From: an uncultured Thermoplasmata archaeon | GTDB taxonomy: Archaea; Thermoplasmatota; Thermoplasmata; RBG-16-68-12 | Assembly (NCBI GenBank): GCA_963768855.1 | Contig: CAVYJM010000011.1 | Coordinates: 288,001 to 352,000, forward strand | Direction: 5' to 3' | DNA length: 64,000 bases | Shown here: positions 13,501 to 22,240 of the stretch, piece after piece | Numbering within the stretch: position 1 is the first letter of the stretch | Layout: each line of letters starts with the position of its first letter | Program-made: the position numbers and the translations under genes | Notes under the pieces: generated by a model | Told to the model about the DNA's origin: nothing | The model's input: only the letters and a program-made list of their open reading frames with translations | Databases searched by the model: none

Positions 13501-14268
13501 CTCAATCTCGACGCAAACCTCGTCTTGATCACGCACACCGCGCCCGTCCCGGCCGCGGGCACCACGACGTTGAACTGGACGTTCCAGGACGTGCAACCGG
13601 GACAGGTCATCGCGTTCAACGTGCTCGTCAAGGTGGCGGAAGGGACGTCCGCGAACACGCCGATCGCCGAGTTCATCGGCGCGCGCTACACGAACAGCGT
13701 GGGCACGGTCCTCGGCTACATGCGCTCCTCCTCGGTCCAGATCCAGGTCGGGGCGGACCTCCTGCCCCTTCTCTTCATCTTGGTCGGCGGATCCCTAGGC
13801 GGCGCGGCGGTCGTGGTCGTCGTGTACCGCCGCTACCGCGTGCGCATCGAGGACGTCTTCCTGATTTCCCGCAACGGGATTCTGCTCTCCCACCTTACGC
13901 CCACCCCTCCCGCGGGCAAGGACGAGGACGTGCTCAGCGGCATGCTGACCGCCGTCCAGGACTTCGTCCAGGACGCGTTCACGTACGGGGAGCACCGCGA
14001 GCTCCACCAGCTCGAGTTCGGCGACTACCATGTGCTGATCGAGCGCGGGAAGTCCGTCTACCTCGCAGTCGTCTACCAGGGGCGCGACTCGGGCCTCATC
14101 CGCAAGCGGGTCCGGGCCGTCCTGGACCGGATCGAATCCTCCTACGGGGATGTCTTCACCCGGTGGGAGGGCGACATGCAGCAGGTCGAGGGGACCCGGG
14201 AGATGCTCCGGAAGGGCTTCGTCGAGGTCGACCACCCGTGGTCCCTCTTGAAGCCTAAGGCGCCGTGA
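10534..14268 (+). CDS. large surface protein: signal peptide, six DUF11-like repeats, TM anchor, cytoplasmic longin/roadblock-like domain
   Basis: repeated (F/Y)T-x-x-x-x-NTG-x-x-x-A-x-x-VW-x-N-x-TLP units; TM LLFILVGGSLGGAAVVVVVY; tail IEDVFLISRNGILL...DEDVLSGMLTAVQDFVQDAF; GTG start. Confidence 0.85.
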   Translation: MNSRASAVALVILGLLLLAPLLAPWAAQSPALHPRAGVASGIGPSALPSPGPQPLAATVSLALTTSTRAADPKDPARFTVYFNNTGDQAAPSVWINFTAPGGLLFQGDTAAGNASGYPRYRFDNLGLGLHEFQISFIIAIGTAPGSLLTLSATMVYSDGTGAQRFVGPATASVLVGVVTKQLYLGWSASTPGVLSPVPPTGGLLSQGTFTLTKGGPAVNFDLVPALARPFRALNVTAVLYVQPVSTPTNLDMNLTLIDVNGAATNAVKSVEQVNAVTGSGYWTLFYTFPSMNYLFSAGHQIRLQVLNTAASGQSALLATNATAEPSRISVQTTTYVTVDSLAPPVSPPTYLSPKSSLVVTANVSDPFGSREIVDARLNLTGPSGAIVTWLSLLPAAAVDPSSPSAWKLFRYTRAPSLANGTYSIELTAIERNGVVDVAAGSATVRAPAFAFQKVSSVTQAKSGVKFTYSLWYNNTGTGPAGTVWVNDTLPSQVNFLSTVPTFTSSSGSTYRWVLPSVAIGAHVIQMNVQVKGGVSGVGYIRNWASLNFSDEHGFLWPAQISHADVVLNGPFLTLGVTSAPAGFVHSNQPVVYTINLTNSGDAANTIWLNVTLPSGLAYVGDTSASLGGTRTVVGNTIRFIFSNMPSGSGTPVTWAFTMTARAAAGLPWGTMLTSHLALNDTSATNLLMPEQSLDFPLTVASPSISAGTVSFGVPAAAPLIPLSVYVNFTNSGNEPASPVWINLTLDPFLRFSSSPLPSSATNRTVHLTMSNAATGADSALLYVVALVNVTDRQVLSVGGGLAGSDGFGNPVAPVSLTSGSVAVALPRLNFTLSPGATTAEAGSVIRFTITGGNTGSGAASAVWLNLTLPSTLDYLSDSLGAGPVVLGSSYSWHWTTYAPGVHTYFLNLTAGGSALDRTSADLTFSVQAFDLSRRPQPVATFGGRVGFLSPMWLLSITPNRNTTLPGGTCNYTVRVENVGSTAAHFLWLTLNLDANLVLITHTAPVPAAGTTTLNWTFQDVQPGQVIAFNVLVKVAEGTSANTPIAEFIGARYTNSVGTVLGYMRSSSVQIQVGADLLPLLFILVGGSLGGAAVVVVVYRRYRVRIEDVFLISRNGILLSHLTPTPPAGKDEDVLSGMLTAVQDFVQDAFTYGEHRELHQLEFGDYHVLIERGKSVYLAVVYQGRDSGLIRKRVRAVLDRIESSYGDVFTRWEGDMQQVEGTREMLRKGFVEVDHPWSLLKPKAP

Positions 14269-14349
14269 TGCGGTCGTGCCCTTCCGTGCGCGCAGGGTCG
14301 TATTGTATGTGGGCATGGCTTATCGGCTGCGGGGTCGCTCCGTCCTGCC

Positions 14350-15105
14350 GTGTCGATCCTTCGTCCGGAGGAGATCCCGGCGATCGTGTGCAAGGATCTC
14401 TCCAAGCGGTTCGGGGAGATCGAGGCACTCCAGGGCCTGACGCTCCTCGTGCCCCGGGGCACGATCTTCGGGCTGCTCGGCCCCAATGGTGCGGGCAAGA
14501 CGACCACGATCCGCCTCTGGCTCGGCCTCACGGAGCCGAGTGGCGGGACGGCCTTCGTGCTCGGCCGCCGGATTCCGCCCCGGGAGGTCCTCCCGCAGAT
14601 CGGCTACATGCCGCAGGATGTCGCCGTCTACGGCGACCTGACCGTGGACGAGAACCTGGCCCTCTTCGGCCGGCTCGTCGGGATGACCGCGGAATCGATC
14701 GAGGATCGCACGGAGGAGGTCCTCGAGCTCGTGGACATCGCGATGCGGCGCCACCACCTCGTGTCCACGCTTTCCGGCGGCATGCGTCGGCGCACCTCCC
14801 TCGCCGTGGCGCTGCTCCATGATCCCGACCTTCTCCTCCTCGACGAGCCCACGGTCGGGGTGGACCCCGAGCTGCGCGCCGCCTTCTGGACGTACTTCCG
14901 CGACCTCACCCGGCGCGGCAAGACGGTCGTGATCACGACCCACTACATGGAAGAGGCCGCGCGCTGCGACCGCGTGGCCCTCCTGCATCAAGGGCGCCTC
15001 CTCGCGGAGGGCCCGCCATCCGCCATCAAGCAGCGGACCCGCACGGGGAATCTGGACGAGGCCTTCCTCGCCCTGGTCCGCGGAGAGCGGGAGCCGCGGG
15101 GATGA
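14350..15105 (+). CDS. ABC-2 type exporter ATP-binding subunit
   Basis: Walker A GPNGAGKT, LSGGM signature, LLLDEP, H-loop TTHY. Confidence 0.95.
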   Translation: MSILRPEEIPAIVCKDLSKRFGEIEALQGLTLLVPRGTIFGLLGPNGAGKTTTIRLWLGLTEPSGGTAFVLGRRIPPREVLPQIGYMPQDVAVYGDLTVDENLALFGRLVGMTAESIEDRTEEVLELVDIAMRRHHLVSTLSGGMRRRTSLAVALLHDPDLLLLDEPTVGVDPELRAAFWTYFRDLTRRGKTVVITTHYMEEAARCDRVALLHQGRLLAEGPPSAIKQRTRTGNLDEAFLALVRGEREPRG

Positions 15106-16190
15106 ACGCGCGCCGTGTCCTTGCGGTCGCCCAGAAGTCCCTTTCCCAGTTCCGCCACGACAAGCGCACCCTGGTTTTCGTCGTGGGGATGCCGCTCCTC
15201 ATGGTCCTTGCTTTCGGCTACACGTTCGGGGGCCAGGTGCACGATGTCCGGACCCTCGTCGTGAACCAGGACGCGGGCCCGATGGGAGCCCGCCTCGTCC
15301 AGAACCTCACCGGGGACACCCTCTCCCTCGCCTCGTACGCGGACGTCGCGTCGGCGCGGGCGGAAGTCGAGGCGGGCCGAGCGTGGGCCGTCCTCTGGTT
15401 CCCAGCGAACTTCACCCAGGACCTCCTCGGCCGTCGTGCGGTCCTCCGCCTCCTCCTTGACGGCTCCTCGCCGCCGATTGCGGGCGCGGTCCTGTCGAGT
15501 GTCCGCGCGGCCGCGCAGACGGCCTTCGCGGGCACCCGCGGGGCGGCGGTCCTCACGATCGACTCGGCCTACGTCTACGGATCCCCGGACACGCGGTTCA
15601 TCGACTCGTTCGCCCCCGGCGTGATCGCCCTGGCCGTCCTCATGGTCACGACGATCTTCTCCGTCATCGTCATCGTGCGCGAGAAGACGGGAGGGATGCT
15701 CGAGCGCCTGTTCTCGACGCCGCTCGCTTCCCTCGAGCTCGTGCTCGGGCACGCCGCCGCCCTCTCCCTGATCGCGGTGGCCCAGAGCGCCGTCATCCTG
15801 GTTGCGACCATCCTCCTCTTCCAGATTCAGATCGTGGGGAACGTGGCCTTGGTGTTCGCCGTCCTCCTCCTGTTCGCGGTGGGCAACCAGGGGCTCGGGA
15901 TGGTCGCGTCTGCCGCGGCTCGAAACGAGCTGCAGGCCGTCCAGTTCATCCCGCTGGTCCTCTTCCCCTCGCTCCTCCTCGGGGGCGTGTTCTATCCCCT
16001 GGAAGCGATACCCGGAGGTCTGCGGCCCCTGGCCTACCTGATTCCGGTGACCTACGCGAATGATGCGATGCGGAGCGTGATGCTGCGGGGCTGGGGGATT
16101 GGCGACGTCGCGATTGACATCGTCGTGCTCGCGGCCTACGCGATCGTCGCGTTGCTTGCCGCGGCGGTCTTCATCCGCCGCCAGGCCTGA
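15102..16190 (+). CDS. ABC-2 type exporter permease
   Basis: N-terminal TM, extracellular loop, five C-terminal TMs, REKTGGMLERL motif; coupled to the ATPase. Confidence 0.9.
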   Translation: MNARRVLAVAQKSLSQFRHDKRTLVFVVGMPLLMVLAFGYTFGGQVHDVRTLVVNQDAGPMGARLVQNLTGDTLSLASYADVASARAEVEAGRAWAVLWFPANFTQDLLGRRAVLRLLLDGSSPPIAGAVLSSVRAAAQTAFAGTRGAAVLTIDSAYVYGSPDTRFIDSFAPGVIALAVLMVTTIFSVIVIVREKTGGMLERLFSTPLASLELVLGHAAALSLIAVAQSAVILVATILLFQIQIVGNVALVFAVLLLFAVGNQGLGMVASAAARNELQAVQFIPLVLFPSLLLGGVFYPLEAIPGGLRPLAYLIPVTYANDAMRSVMLRGWGIGDVAIDIVVLAAYAIVALLAAAVFIRRQA

Positions 16191-16194
16191 AGTC

Positions 16195-16866
16195 CTACCG
16201 CAGTCCCTTCACGAGGTCCCGCAATGCCTTCTCTGGGTCCCTCGCCTTGACGACGCCGGATGCCAGCAGCACCCCCACCGTCCCGAGTTCGAGGGCCTTG
16301 CGCACGTCTTTGCGGTCCTTTACTCCGGCGCCGCAAAGCACGCTGACTGAGGAGGACACGGCATGAATCCGCTGGACGGCCCCCGCGACGATTTCCGGGC
16401 TTGCGGTCGTAACGCTGATCTTGCCGCCGATGAGCTCGGGCGGCTCGATGGCGATGTAGTCCGGTCCGAGTCTCGCGAGTGACTCCGCTTCCTTGAGGTC
16501 GTCCGCGCAGGCGATGACCTCCAGTCCAAGCGTCTCGCAGCGGGGGATGAGGACCGCGACGTTCTTGTGCGGGATCTTGCGTTCGCTGTGGTTGAGGAGC
16601 GTCCCTGCGGCTCCCGCCTCGAGGAGCGCCTCGGGCGGCAGCCAGCCGGTGTGGGCGCCCGCCTCTGCTGTGTCTGCGTGCTGTCCGAAGACGGGGATGT
16701 GGACGAGGCGGGCGATGTGGGCGAGATCGGACAAGGGAGGTGCAATCACGATCGACGCGCCCGTGTCCTCCGCGACTTTCGCGCAGGTCTTCGCGAGTTC
16801 CCAGCCGCGCTTTCCGAGGACCTCCGGATAGACCTTGAAGTTCACCACGATGGCGGGGAGACGCAC
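16195..16866 (-). CDS. tpiA: triosephosphate isomerase (archaeal type)
   Basis: VVNFKVY, GTLLNHSER, IAIEPPELIG, LCGAGV, GVLLASG; 223 aa from GTG 16866. Confidence 0.95.
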   Translation of the reverse strand: MRLPAIVVNFKVYPEVLGKRGWELAKTCAKVAEDTGASIVIAPPLSDLAHIARLVHIPVFGQHADTAEAGAHTGWLPPEALLEAGAAGTLLNHSERKIPHKNVAVLIPRCETLGLEVIACADDLKEAESLARLGPDYIAIEPPELIGGKISVTTASPEIVAGAVQRIHAVSSSVSVLCGAGVKDRKDVRKALELGTVGVLLASGVVKARDPEKALRDLVKGLR

Positions 16867-16997
16867 GGACCGCGGGAACGGCACGGTACCGGAAATAGGC
16901 TTGGTCCTCTCGCGGTCCGCAACCCATCGCGGCCCAGCTCCCCCTCGGAGCAAACCTCAATATGGTGTCGCACATGTTCCATGCCCGGAGTGGTTGA

Positions 16998-17981
16998 ATG
17001 CGGATCTCGATCGGCAAGCTCCGTGGCCTGCAGCAGATCTCGGACGATGCCGGCCGGTTCACGATGATTGCGATGGACCAGCGGGGTAGTCTGCAAAAGA
17101 TGCTCCATCCGGAGAACCCGAAGGCCGCAAGCTATCCGGAAATGGAGGCGGTCAAGCTCGGGGTGACCCAAGCCCTCGCCCCCTTGGCCAGCGGCTATCT
17201 CCTCGACCCCGAGTTCGGCGTGGGCCCTGCGATTAATCGGTTCGTCCTGCCGGGTCGGACGGGCCTCCTCGTGGCCCTCGAGGCCTCCGGCTACGAGAAG
17301 CAGGGACAGTGGCGTCTCACGAAGCTCCTGGACGGGTGGGGCGTCGAGAAGGTGAAGCGGCTCGGGGCGAGCGCGGCAAAGCTCCTCGTTTTCTTCAATC
17401 CCGATGCACCGCGCGAGGTCGTCGACCACCAGGTCAAGGTCGTCCGGTCCGTCGCGGATGAGTGCAAACGGCTAGACCTGGCGTTTGTCTGCGAACCGAT
17501 GTCTTACCCCGTCGACGAGGGTGACGAGGAGTTCGCTCACCACAAGGCGGACACGATTACCCGCACCGCGGAGACTCTCTCGCCGCTAGGACTCGACGTG
17601 CTCAAGGCAGAGTTCCCCGGGGATGTGAAGTTCACCAAGGATCCGGAGGAACTTCGGAAGAACTGCGAGCGACTCAGCCGCGCGACGAAGGTGCCCTGGG
17701 TCGTGCTGAGTGCGGGCGCGGACTTCGACGTCTTCCGTGGCCTCGTCGAAGTGGCATGCCGGGGCGGAGCCTCCGGGTTCCTCGCGGGACGCGCAATCTG
17801 GAAGGACGCGTTCAAGGAGAAGACCATCGAGCGGCAGATGGAGTATGTGCGGACCCAGGGAGCGAAGAACTTCAAGGCCCTCGCAGACCTGGCGCACCGC
17901 TACGGGCGGCCATGGTGGGATTTCTATGGCGGGAAGGCGAAGTTGGAAGACCACTTCGAGGGATGGTACGTCGCCTACTGA
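16998..17981 (+). CDS. LacD-family class I aldolase (tagatose-1,6-bisphosphate aldolase-like)
   Basis: AMDQRGSL, LLDPEFG, KLLVFFNPD, DVLKAEFP (Schiff-base Lys), LSAG, AGRAIW. Confidence 0.9.
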   Translation: MRISIGKLRGLQQISDDAGRFTMIAMDQRGSLQKMLHPENPKAASYPEMEAVKLGVTQALAPLASGYLLDPEFGVGPAINRFVLPGRTGLLVALEASGYEKQGQWRLTKLLDGWGVEKVKRLGASAAKLLVFFNPDAPREVVDHQVKVVRSVADECKRLDLAFVCEPMSYPVDEGDEEFAHHKADTITRTAETLSPLGLDVLKAEFPGDVKFTKDPEELRKNCERLSRATKVPWVVLSAGADFDVFRGLVEVACRGGASGFLAGRAIWKDAFKEKTIERQMEYVRTQGAKNFKALADLAHRYGRPWWDFYGGKAKLEDHFEGWYVAY

Positions 17982-18006
17982 GACGGGACTCCGGCCGGAC
18001 GTCACG

Positions 18007-18888
18007 TTGGCCGAGCACGCGCGTACGACGGACCCTGAGTTCGCCCAGCTCCTCTCCCGGATTGCGGGACTCACGGGCCGCATTCGGCGGGAACTGCCGA
18101 TTCGCCGGGATCCCGTCGCGACCCGGAACGTCTACGGGGAGCAGCAGCTCGATCTCGATGTGTGGATGAACGATCTGTTCGTGGATATGCTGCGCGATTC
18201 CCACCTGGTCTCCCAGGTCGCGTCGGAGGAGATGGGGGACGTGAAGAAGCTGGGTCGCGGACGGTTCTCGGTGGTCTTGGACCCCCTTGATGGCTCCTCG
18301 AACGTGAAGAGCAACAACATCTTCGGAACCATCTTCGGGGTCTTCGACGGGAAGGATCTTCCGGCCCGCGGCTCCGACCTCTTCGCGGCTGGCTATCTGA
18401 TCTACGGCCCTGCGACGACTCTGGTCTACGCAACACGGGAGGGCGTCCACGAGTTCGTCCACGGCGGTGGGAGCCGGCCCGACGAGTTCTTCCTCATCGA
18501 AGAGGGCTTGCGGCTACCGCCGCGCGGGAAGCTGTACGGCATCGGAGGACATCGGGACAAATGGATCCCTCCGGTGAAGGCCTTCGTGGGCGACCTCGAG
18601 AAGGAGTTGTTGAACCTCCGCTACGGGGGCTCGTTCGTCGGCGACTTCAACCAGATCCTCCACTATGGCGGGTTCTTCGCCTATCCTGCGCAGGTCGACA
18701 AGCCGGAAGGGAAGTACCGTCTTCACTTCGAATCCAATCCGATTTCCTTCATCGTGGAGGCCGCCGGGGGTGCGGGGACGACCGGTAGGGAACGGATCCT
18801 CGACGTCTCCGCAACCGCGATCGAGCAGACCGTGCCGACGTACGTGGGGAACCGGGACCTCGTGGAGCGGTTTCGTTCGCGAGCCTAG
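18007..18888 (+). CDS. fbp: fructose-1,6-bisphosphatase class 1
   Basis: ASEE, DPLDGSSN, GYLIYGPAT, LRYGGSFVGD, GKYRLHFESNP; TTG start assumed. Confidence 0.92.
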   Translation: MAEHARTTDPEFAQLLSRIAGLTGRIRRELPIRRDPVATRNVYGEQQLDLDVWMNDLFVDMLRDSHLVSQVASEEMGDVKKLGRGRFSVVLDPLDGSSNVKSNNIFGTIFGVFDGKDLPARGSDLFAAGYLIYGPATTLVYATREGVHEFVHGGGSRPDEFFLIEEGLRLPPRGKLYGIGGHRDKWIPPVKAFVGDLEKELLNLRYGGSFVGDFNQILHYGGFFAYPAQVDKPEGKYRLHFESNPISFIVEAAGGAGTTGRERILDVSATAIEQTVPTYVGNRDLVERFRSRA

Positions 18889-18901
18889 TCCCGCCGGGCG
18901 C

Positions 18902-19507
18902 TCATCGTCGGCGGAAGACCGCGATTAACGCCCTCGGCCCTTGCGCAAACGGACCGTGGAAGAGCGCGTCTTCGATCGACAGGACCTCGAAAGAAGCTTG
19001 GAATACGCTGCGGAGCTCCGCGGGCGAAAAGTGGTACGGCCCCTCCTGCCTCGGCTCCTTGTCCGAGAAGGCTTTCAGGAAGAGAAAGCCTCGCGGCCGG
19101 AGGATGCGGTGGATCGTGCCCACGTATGTCGGTCGTGACCCCGGAGGGAGGGTGTGGAACATGCCGCGGTCGAGGATCGCGTCCACGAGCTCATCGGGGA
19201 GCTTTGATGCGAGGATATCGTCGACGCGGAAGTCGACCCGCACCTTTTCGCGGTCCGCGGCATGCTTCGCCTTTCCGATCGCCGAACCGGCGATGTCCGT
19301 TCCCGCGACCTCGTATCCGCGTTTGGCGAGCGCAATCGCCTGTGTGGCCGGACCCGTTCCCAGATCGAGGATCCGTGCGGGCGGTTTGAGGTACGTCTCG
19401 AGCGCGCGAGCGAAATCCCGATCAAGATCCGGGGTGTACCAGGGGAGCTGGGACACCTCGGAGGTGCGATACAGCTGTTCCCACCAGTTCGGCGCGCCCA
19501 CCGACAT
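18902..19507 (-). CDS. class I SAM-dependent methyltransferase
   Basis: ILDLGTGPAT motif I, GTDIAGSAI, DRGMFHTL. Confidence 0.9.
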   Translation of the reverse strand: MSVGAPNWWEQLYRTSEVSQLPWYTPDLDRDFARALETYLKPPARILDLGTGPATQAIALAKRGYEVAGTDIAGSAIGKAKHAADREKVRVDFRVDDILASKLPDELVDAILDRGMFHTLPPGSRPTYVGTIHRILRPRGFLFLKAFSDKEPRQEGPYHFSPAELRSVFQASFEVLSIEDALFHGPFAQGPRALIAVFRRR

Positions 19508-19539
19508 TCCACGCGGCCCCAGGCCTTGTCGTTTTGCCT

Positions 19540-20379
19540 TCAGCCCTTTTCCGCAGAGATCATCGCGAAGCACGCGCGCGACTCCTCGAAGGGCTTGCCG
19601 CGGTACATCCGCGTGGAGTGGTCCGGGCGCGTGAAGCCAAGCTCTTCAGTGATCCGAAGGGACGCGTCGTGGTATCCGCCGACGCACATGCGGAAGGTCT
19701 TGCCCCTTGTGCTAGCCAGCGCGGATTGGAGAAGGTCCGCCGCGGCACCCGGGTCGTCTGGATCCGCCACCCACGGCCCGATGGGGTCCCGCCACTCGCC
19801 GCGTCGAACGATGATGTAGCCGCGGATCTTCCCGCGTCTCCGGATCAGGAATGCCCGGTCCGGATAGTCGGCGAGGATCGCCTCGAGGGCGCGGCTCCGG
19901 TCGAGTCCGGTCATCTCCATGTCGAAAGCGAACAAGGCCGGGTAGTCCATGGCTTTCAGCCTCATCGCCTTCGGCGTGCCTTCGACGCCGTCCGCCAGGA
20001 GGCGCCAGGACGGGTACTCCTCGATGAAGCCGAACCGCGCGTAGAACGGCTCGACGCCTCCGACGCTGTCGAGCTTCGTGCAGACGATGCCCCGGCGGTC
20101 CACGAAGTCGAGGCAGGCGCGCATCAAGGCCTCCCCGACTCCTCGATGGCGGAGGTCCTTGAGCACGATCATCGAGTGGATCCACGCAAACCCTCCGAAA
20201 GTCAAGGCCGCGGCCGTCCCCGCGGGAATCCCGTCGGCCACCGCTTTGAACGCGCCCTCAGGCTCGAGGCGCAGCAGGCGCACCCAGTCCGGAGGCGTGC
20301 GGTGCCACCCTTCCGCGTCCGTCAGGAGCATCCCGAAGGGAACGTCCGCCAGGGTCAACGCGCCGACCTCGAGCGCCAT
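19540..20379 (-). CDS. GNAT family N-acetyltransferase (tandem GNAT)
   Basis: IHSMIVLKDLRHRGVGEALM acetyl-CoA motif, FYARFGF; second degenerate GNAT half. Confidence 0.85.
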   Translation of the reverse strand: MALEVGALTLADVPFGMLLTDAEGWHRTPPDWVRLLRLEPEGAFKAVADGIPAGTAAALTFGGFAWIHSMIVLKDLRHRGVGEALMRACLDFVDRRGIVCTKLDSVGGVEPFYARFGFIEEYPSWRLLADGVEGTPKAMRLKAMDYPALFAFDMEMTGLDRSRALEAILADYPDRAFLIRRRGKIRGYIIVRRGEWRDPIGPWVADPDDPGAAADLLQSALASTRGKTFRMCVGGYHDASLRITEELGFTRPDHSTRMYRGKPFEESRACFAMISAEKG

Positions 20380-20425
20380 GCCTCGCGGTCATCCCGCAAG
20401 GCGGACTTGACTCTTTCGCGGGAAC

Positions 20426-22096
20426 TCAGAAGAGGCCCTTGATGATCCCCTTCTCGTCGATGTCCATGTGGACCGCGGCGGGCTCAGCACCCAGGCCGGG
20501 CATCCGCATCATGTCGCCGGCGAGGGCCACTAGGTACCCCGCGCCCGAGCTGGCGCGCACGCCGCGAATCTTGAGGTTCCAGCCGTTCGGCGCCCCCAGG
20601 ACCCTTTCGTCATCCGTGAGGGACATCTGGGTCTTCGCCAGGCACACAGGAAGGTCCGCGAGCCCGGCGTTCTCCATGAACTTCATGTCGTCCCTCGCGG
20701 AGTTCACGAAGTCCACGCCCCCGGCCCCGTAGATCCGCGTCGCGATCTTGGCGACCTTCTCCTCGAACGGATCGTCCACCTTGTAGACGAACTTCAGGGA
20801 GTGGGCCGAGTGGTTCGCCGCCTCGATCACAAGCTTCCCGAGCTCGAGGCCCCCCTGGCCGCCGTCCATGTAGCCCGTGTGGGGGGCGGACCGGACGCCC
20901 TGGTCCTGGCAGTGTTCGACGAGCGCGTCGATCTCCCGCTGCGTGTCCGTAACAAAGCGGTTCACCGCGACCACGGCCGGAACGCCCAGCGCTTTCAGGA
21001 TGCGGACGTGGGCGTCGAGGTTCGGGAGGCCGGCCTCGAGGGCCTTCAGGTTCTCCTCCTTGATCGCCTTCTCCTTGATCCCGCCATGGTGCTTCATCGC
21101 TCGAACCGTTGTCACGAGGACGGCCGCGTCGGGTGCATACCCGCTCTGTCGGCAGACGAGGTCCACGAACTTCTCCGCCCCAAGATCCGAGGCGAAGCCC
21201 GCTTCCGTGAACACGATGTCCGCGGAGCCGAGGGCCAGCCGGTCCGAGAGGATCGAGTTGTGCCCGTGAGCGATGTTGCCGAACGGACCGCCATGGACGA
21301 AGGCCGGCGTGCCCTCGAGGGTCTGCACGAGGTTCGGCATCAGGGCGTCCTTCAGGAGGATCGCGCAGGCGCCGTCGGACTTGATGTCCTTCGCCCAGAC
21401 CGGCCCACCCGTGCGGTTGAACGCGACCAGGATTCGCCGCAGCCGGTCCTTGAGATCCTTGACGCCCTCCGTCATGCAGAGGATCGCCATGACCTCGCTC
21501 GCCGCGGTAATCACGAACCCGTCCTCACGGGGGACGCCGTTCTTGGGCCCGCCCAGTCCGTCCACGATGGACCGCAGCTGACGGTCGTTCATGTCCATGC
21601 AGCGGGCGAAGTTCACGTGGCCCGGGTCCACGTCGAGTTCGTTCCCGTGGAAGACGTGGGCGTCCATCATCGCCGCGATCAGGTTGTTCGCTGCGGTGAC
21701 CGCGTGGATGTCCCCCGTGAAGTGCAGGTTGATGTCCTCCATGGGGAGGACCTGGGCATGGCCGCCGCCGGCGGCACCGCCCTTGACGCCGAAGACGGGT
21801 CCGAGGGAGGGCTCCCTGAGGGTGATCGTGGCCTTGGTGCCAAGGCGGTTCGCGGCTTGGCCCAGGGTGACGGTGGTCAGGGTCTTCCCCTCGCCGTGCT
21901 TCGTCGGGGTCGTCGCGGTGACAAGGACCAGTTTCGCCCGCGGATGCTTCTTGGCCCTCTCGACGGCGCCGAGACGGACCTTCGCGATGTGCGGTCCGTG
22001 GAGGACGAGGTCCTCCGGACCAATCCCGAGGTCCGCGGCCACGTCCCCAATCGGGCGCAGTTTCGCCGACTGTGCAATCTGTATGTCCGTGGGCAT
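20426..22096 (-). CDS. fhs: formate--tetrahydrofolate ligase
   Basis: TPTKHGEGKT, LREPSLGPVFGVKGGAAGGG, HGGPFGNIAHG, TEAGFASDLGAEKF, MRMPGL; 556 aa. Confidence 0.97.
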   Translation of the reverse strand: MPTDIQIAQSAKLRPIGDVAADLGIGPEDLVLHGPHIAKVRLGAVERAKKHPRAKLVLVTATTPTKHGEGKTLTTVTLGQAANRLGTKATITLREPSLGPVFGVKGGAAGGGHAQVLPMEDINLHFTGDIHAVTAANNLIAAMMDAHVFHGNELDVDPGHVNFARCMDMNDRQLRSIVDGLGGPKNGVPREDGFVITAASEVMAILCMTEGVKDLKDRLRRILVAFNRTGGPVWAKDIKSDGACAILLKDALMPNLVQTLEGTPAFVHGGPFGNIAHGHNSILSDRLALGSADIVFTEAGFASDLGAEKFVDLVCRQSGYAPDAAVLVTTVRAMKHHGGIKEKAIKEENLKALEAGLPNLDAHVRILKALGVPAVVAVNRFVTDTQREIDALVEHCQDQGVRSAPHTGYMDGGQGGLELGKLVIEAANHSAHSLKFVYKVDDPFEEKVAKIATRIYGAGGVDFVNSARDDMKFMENAGLADLPVCLAKTQMSLTDDERVLGAPNGWNLKIRGVRASSGAGYLVALAGDMMRMPGLGAEPAAVHMDIDEKGIIKGLF

Positions 22097-22240
22097 CCGC
22101 GGTCCTCCTTTCCTCGACGGTAGGGGGGGTCGCCATAAATCAGTTCTGCATTTACCGGGTAATTTCGCCATGGTGTGCCGGTACAGGAGGTATGACCGCC
22201 CGCGGGCGCGAGTCGGGAAGGCGGGGCCGTTCTTCCGACA

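Noticed and set aside
16864-16920. Inverted repeat CGGACCGCG/CGCGGTCCG at the tpiA start
   Set aside because: All-GC-rich arms are expected by chance at this composition; no supporting evidence
22097-22240. ZTP or THF riboswitch upstream of fhs
   Set aside because: No recognisable aptamer consensus; a TATA-like element leaves only a short leader
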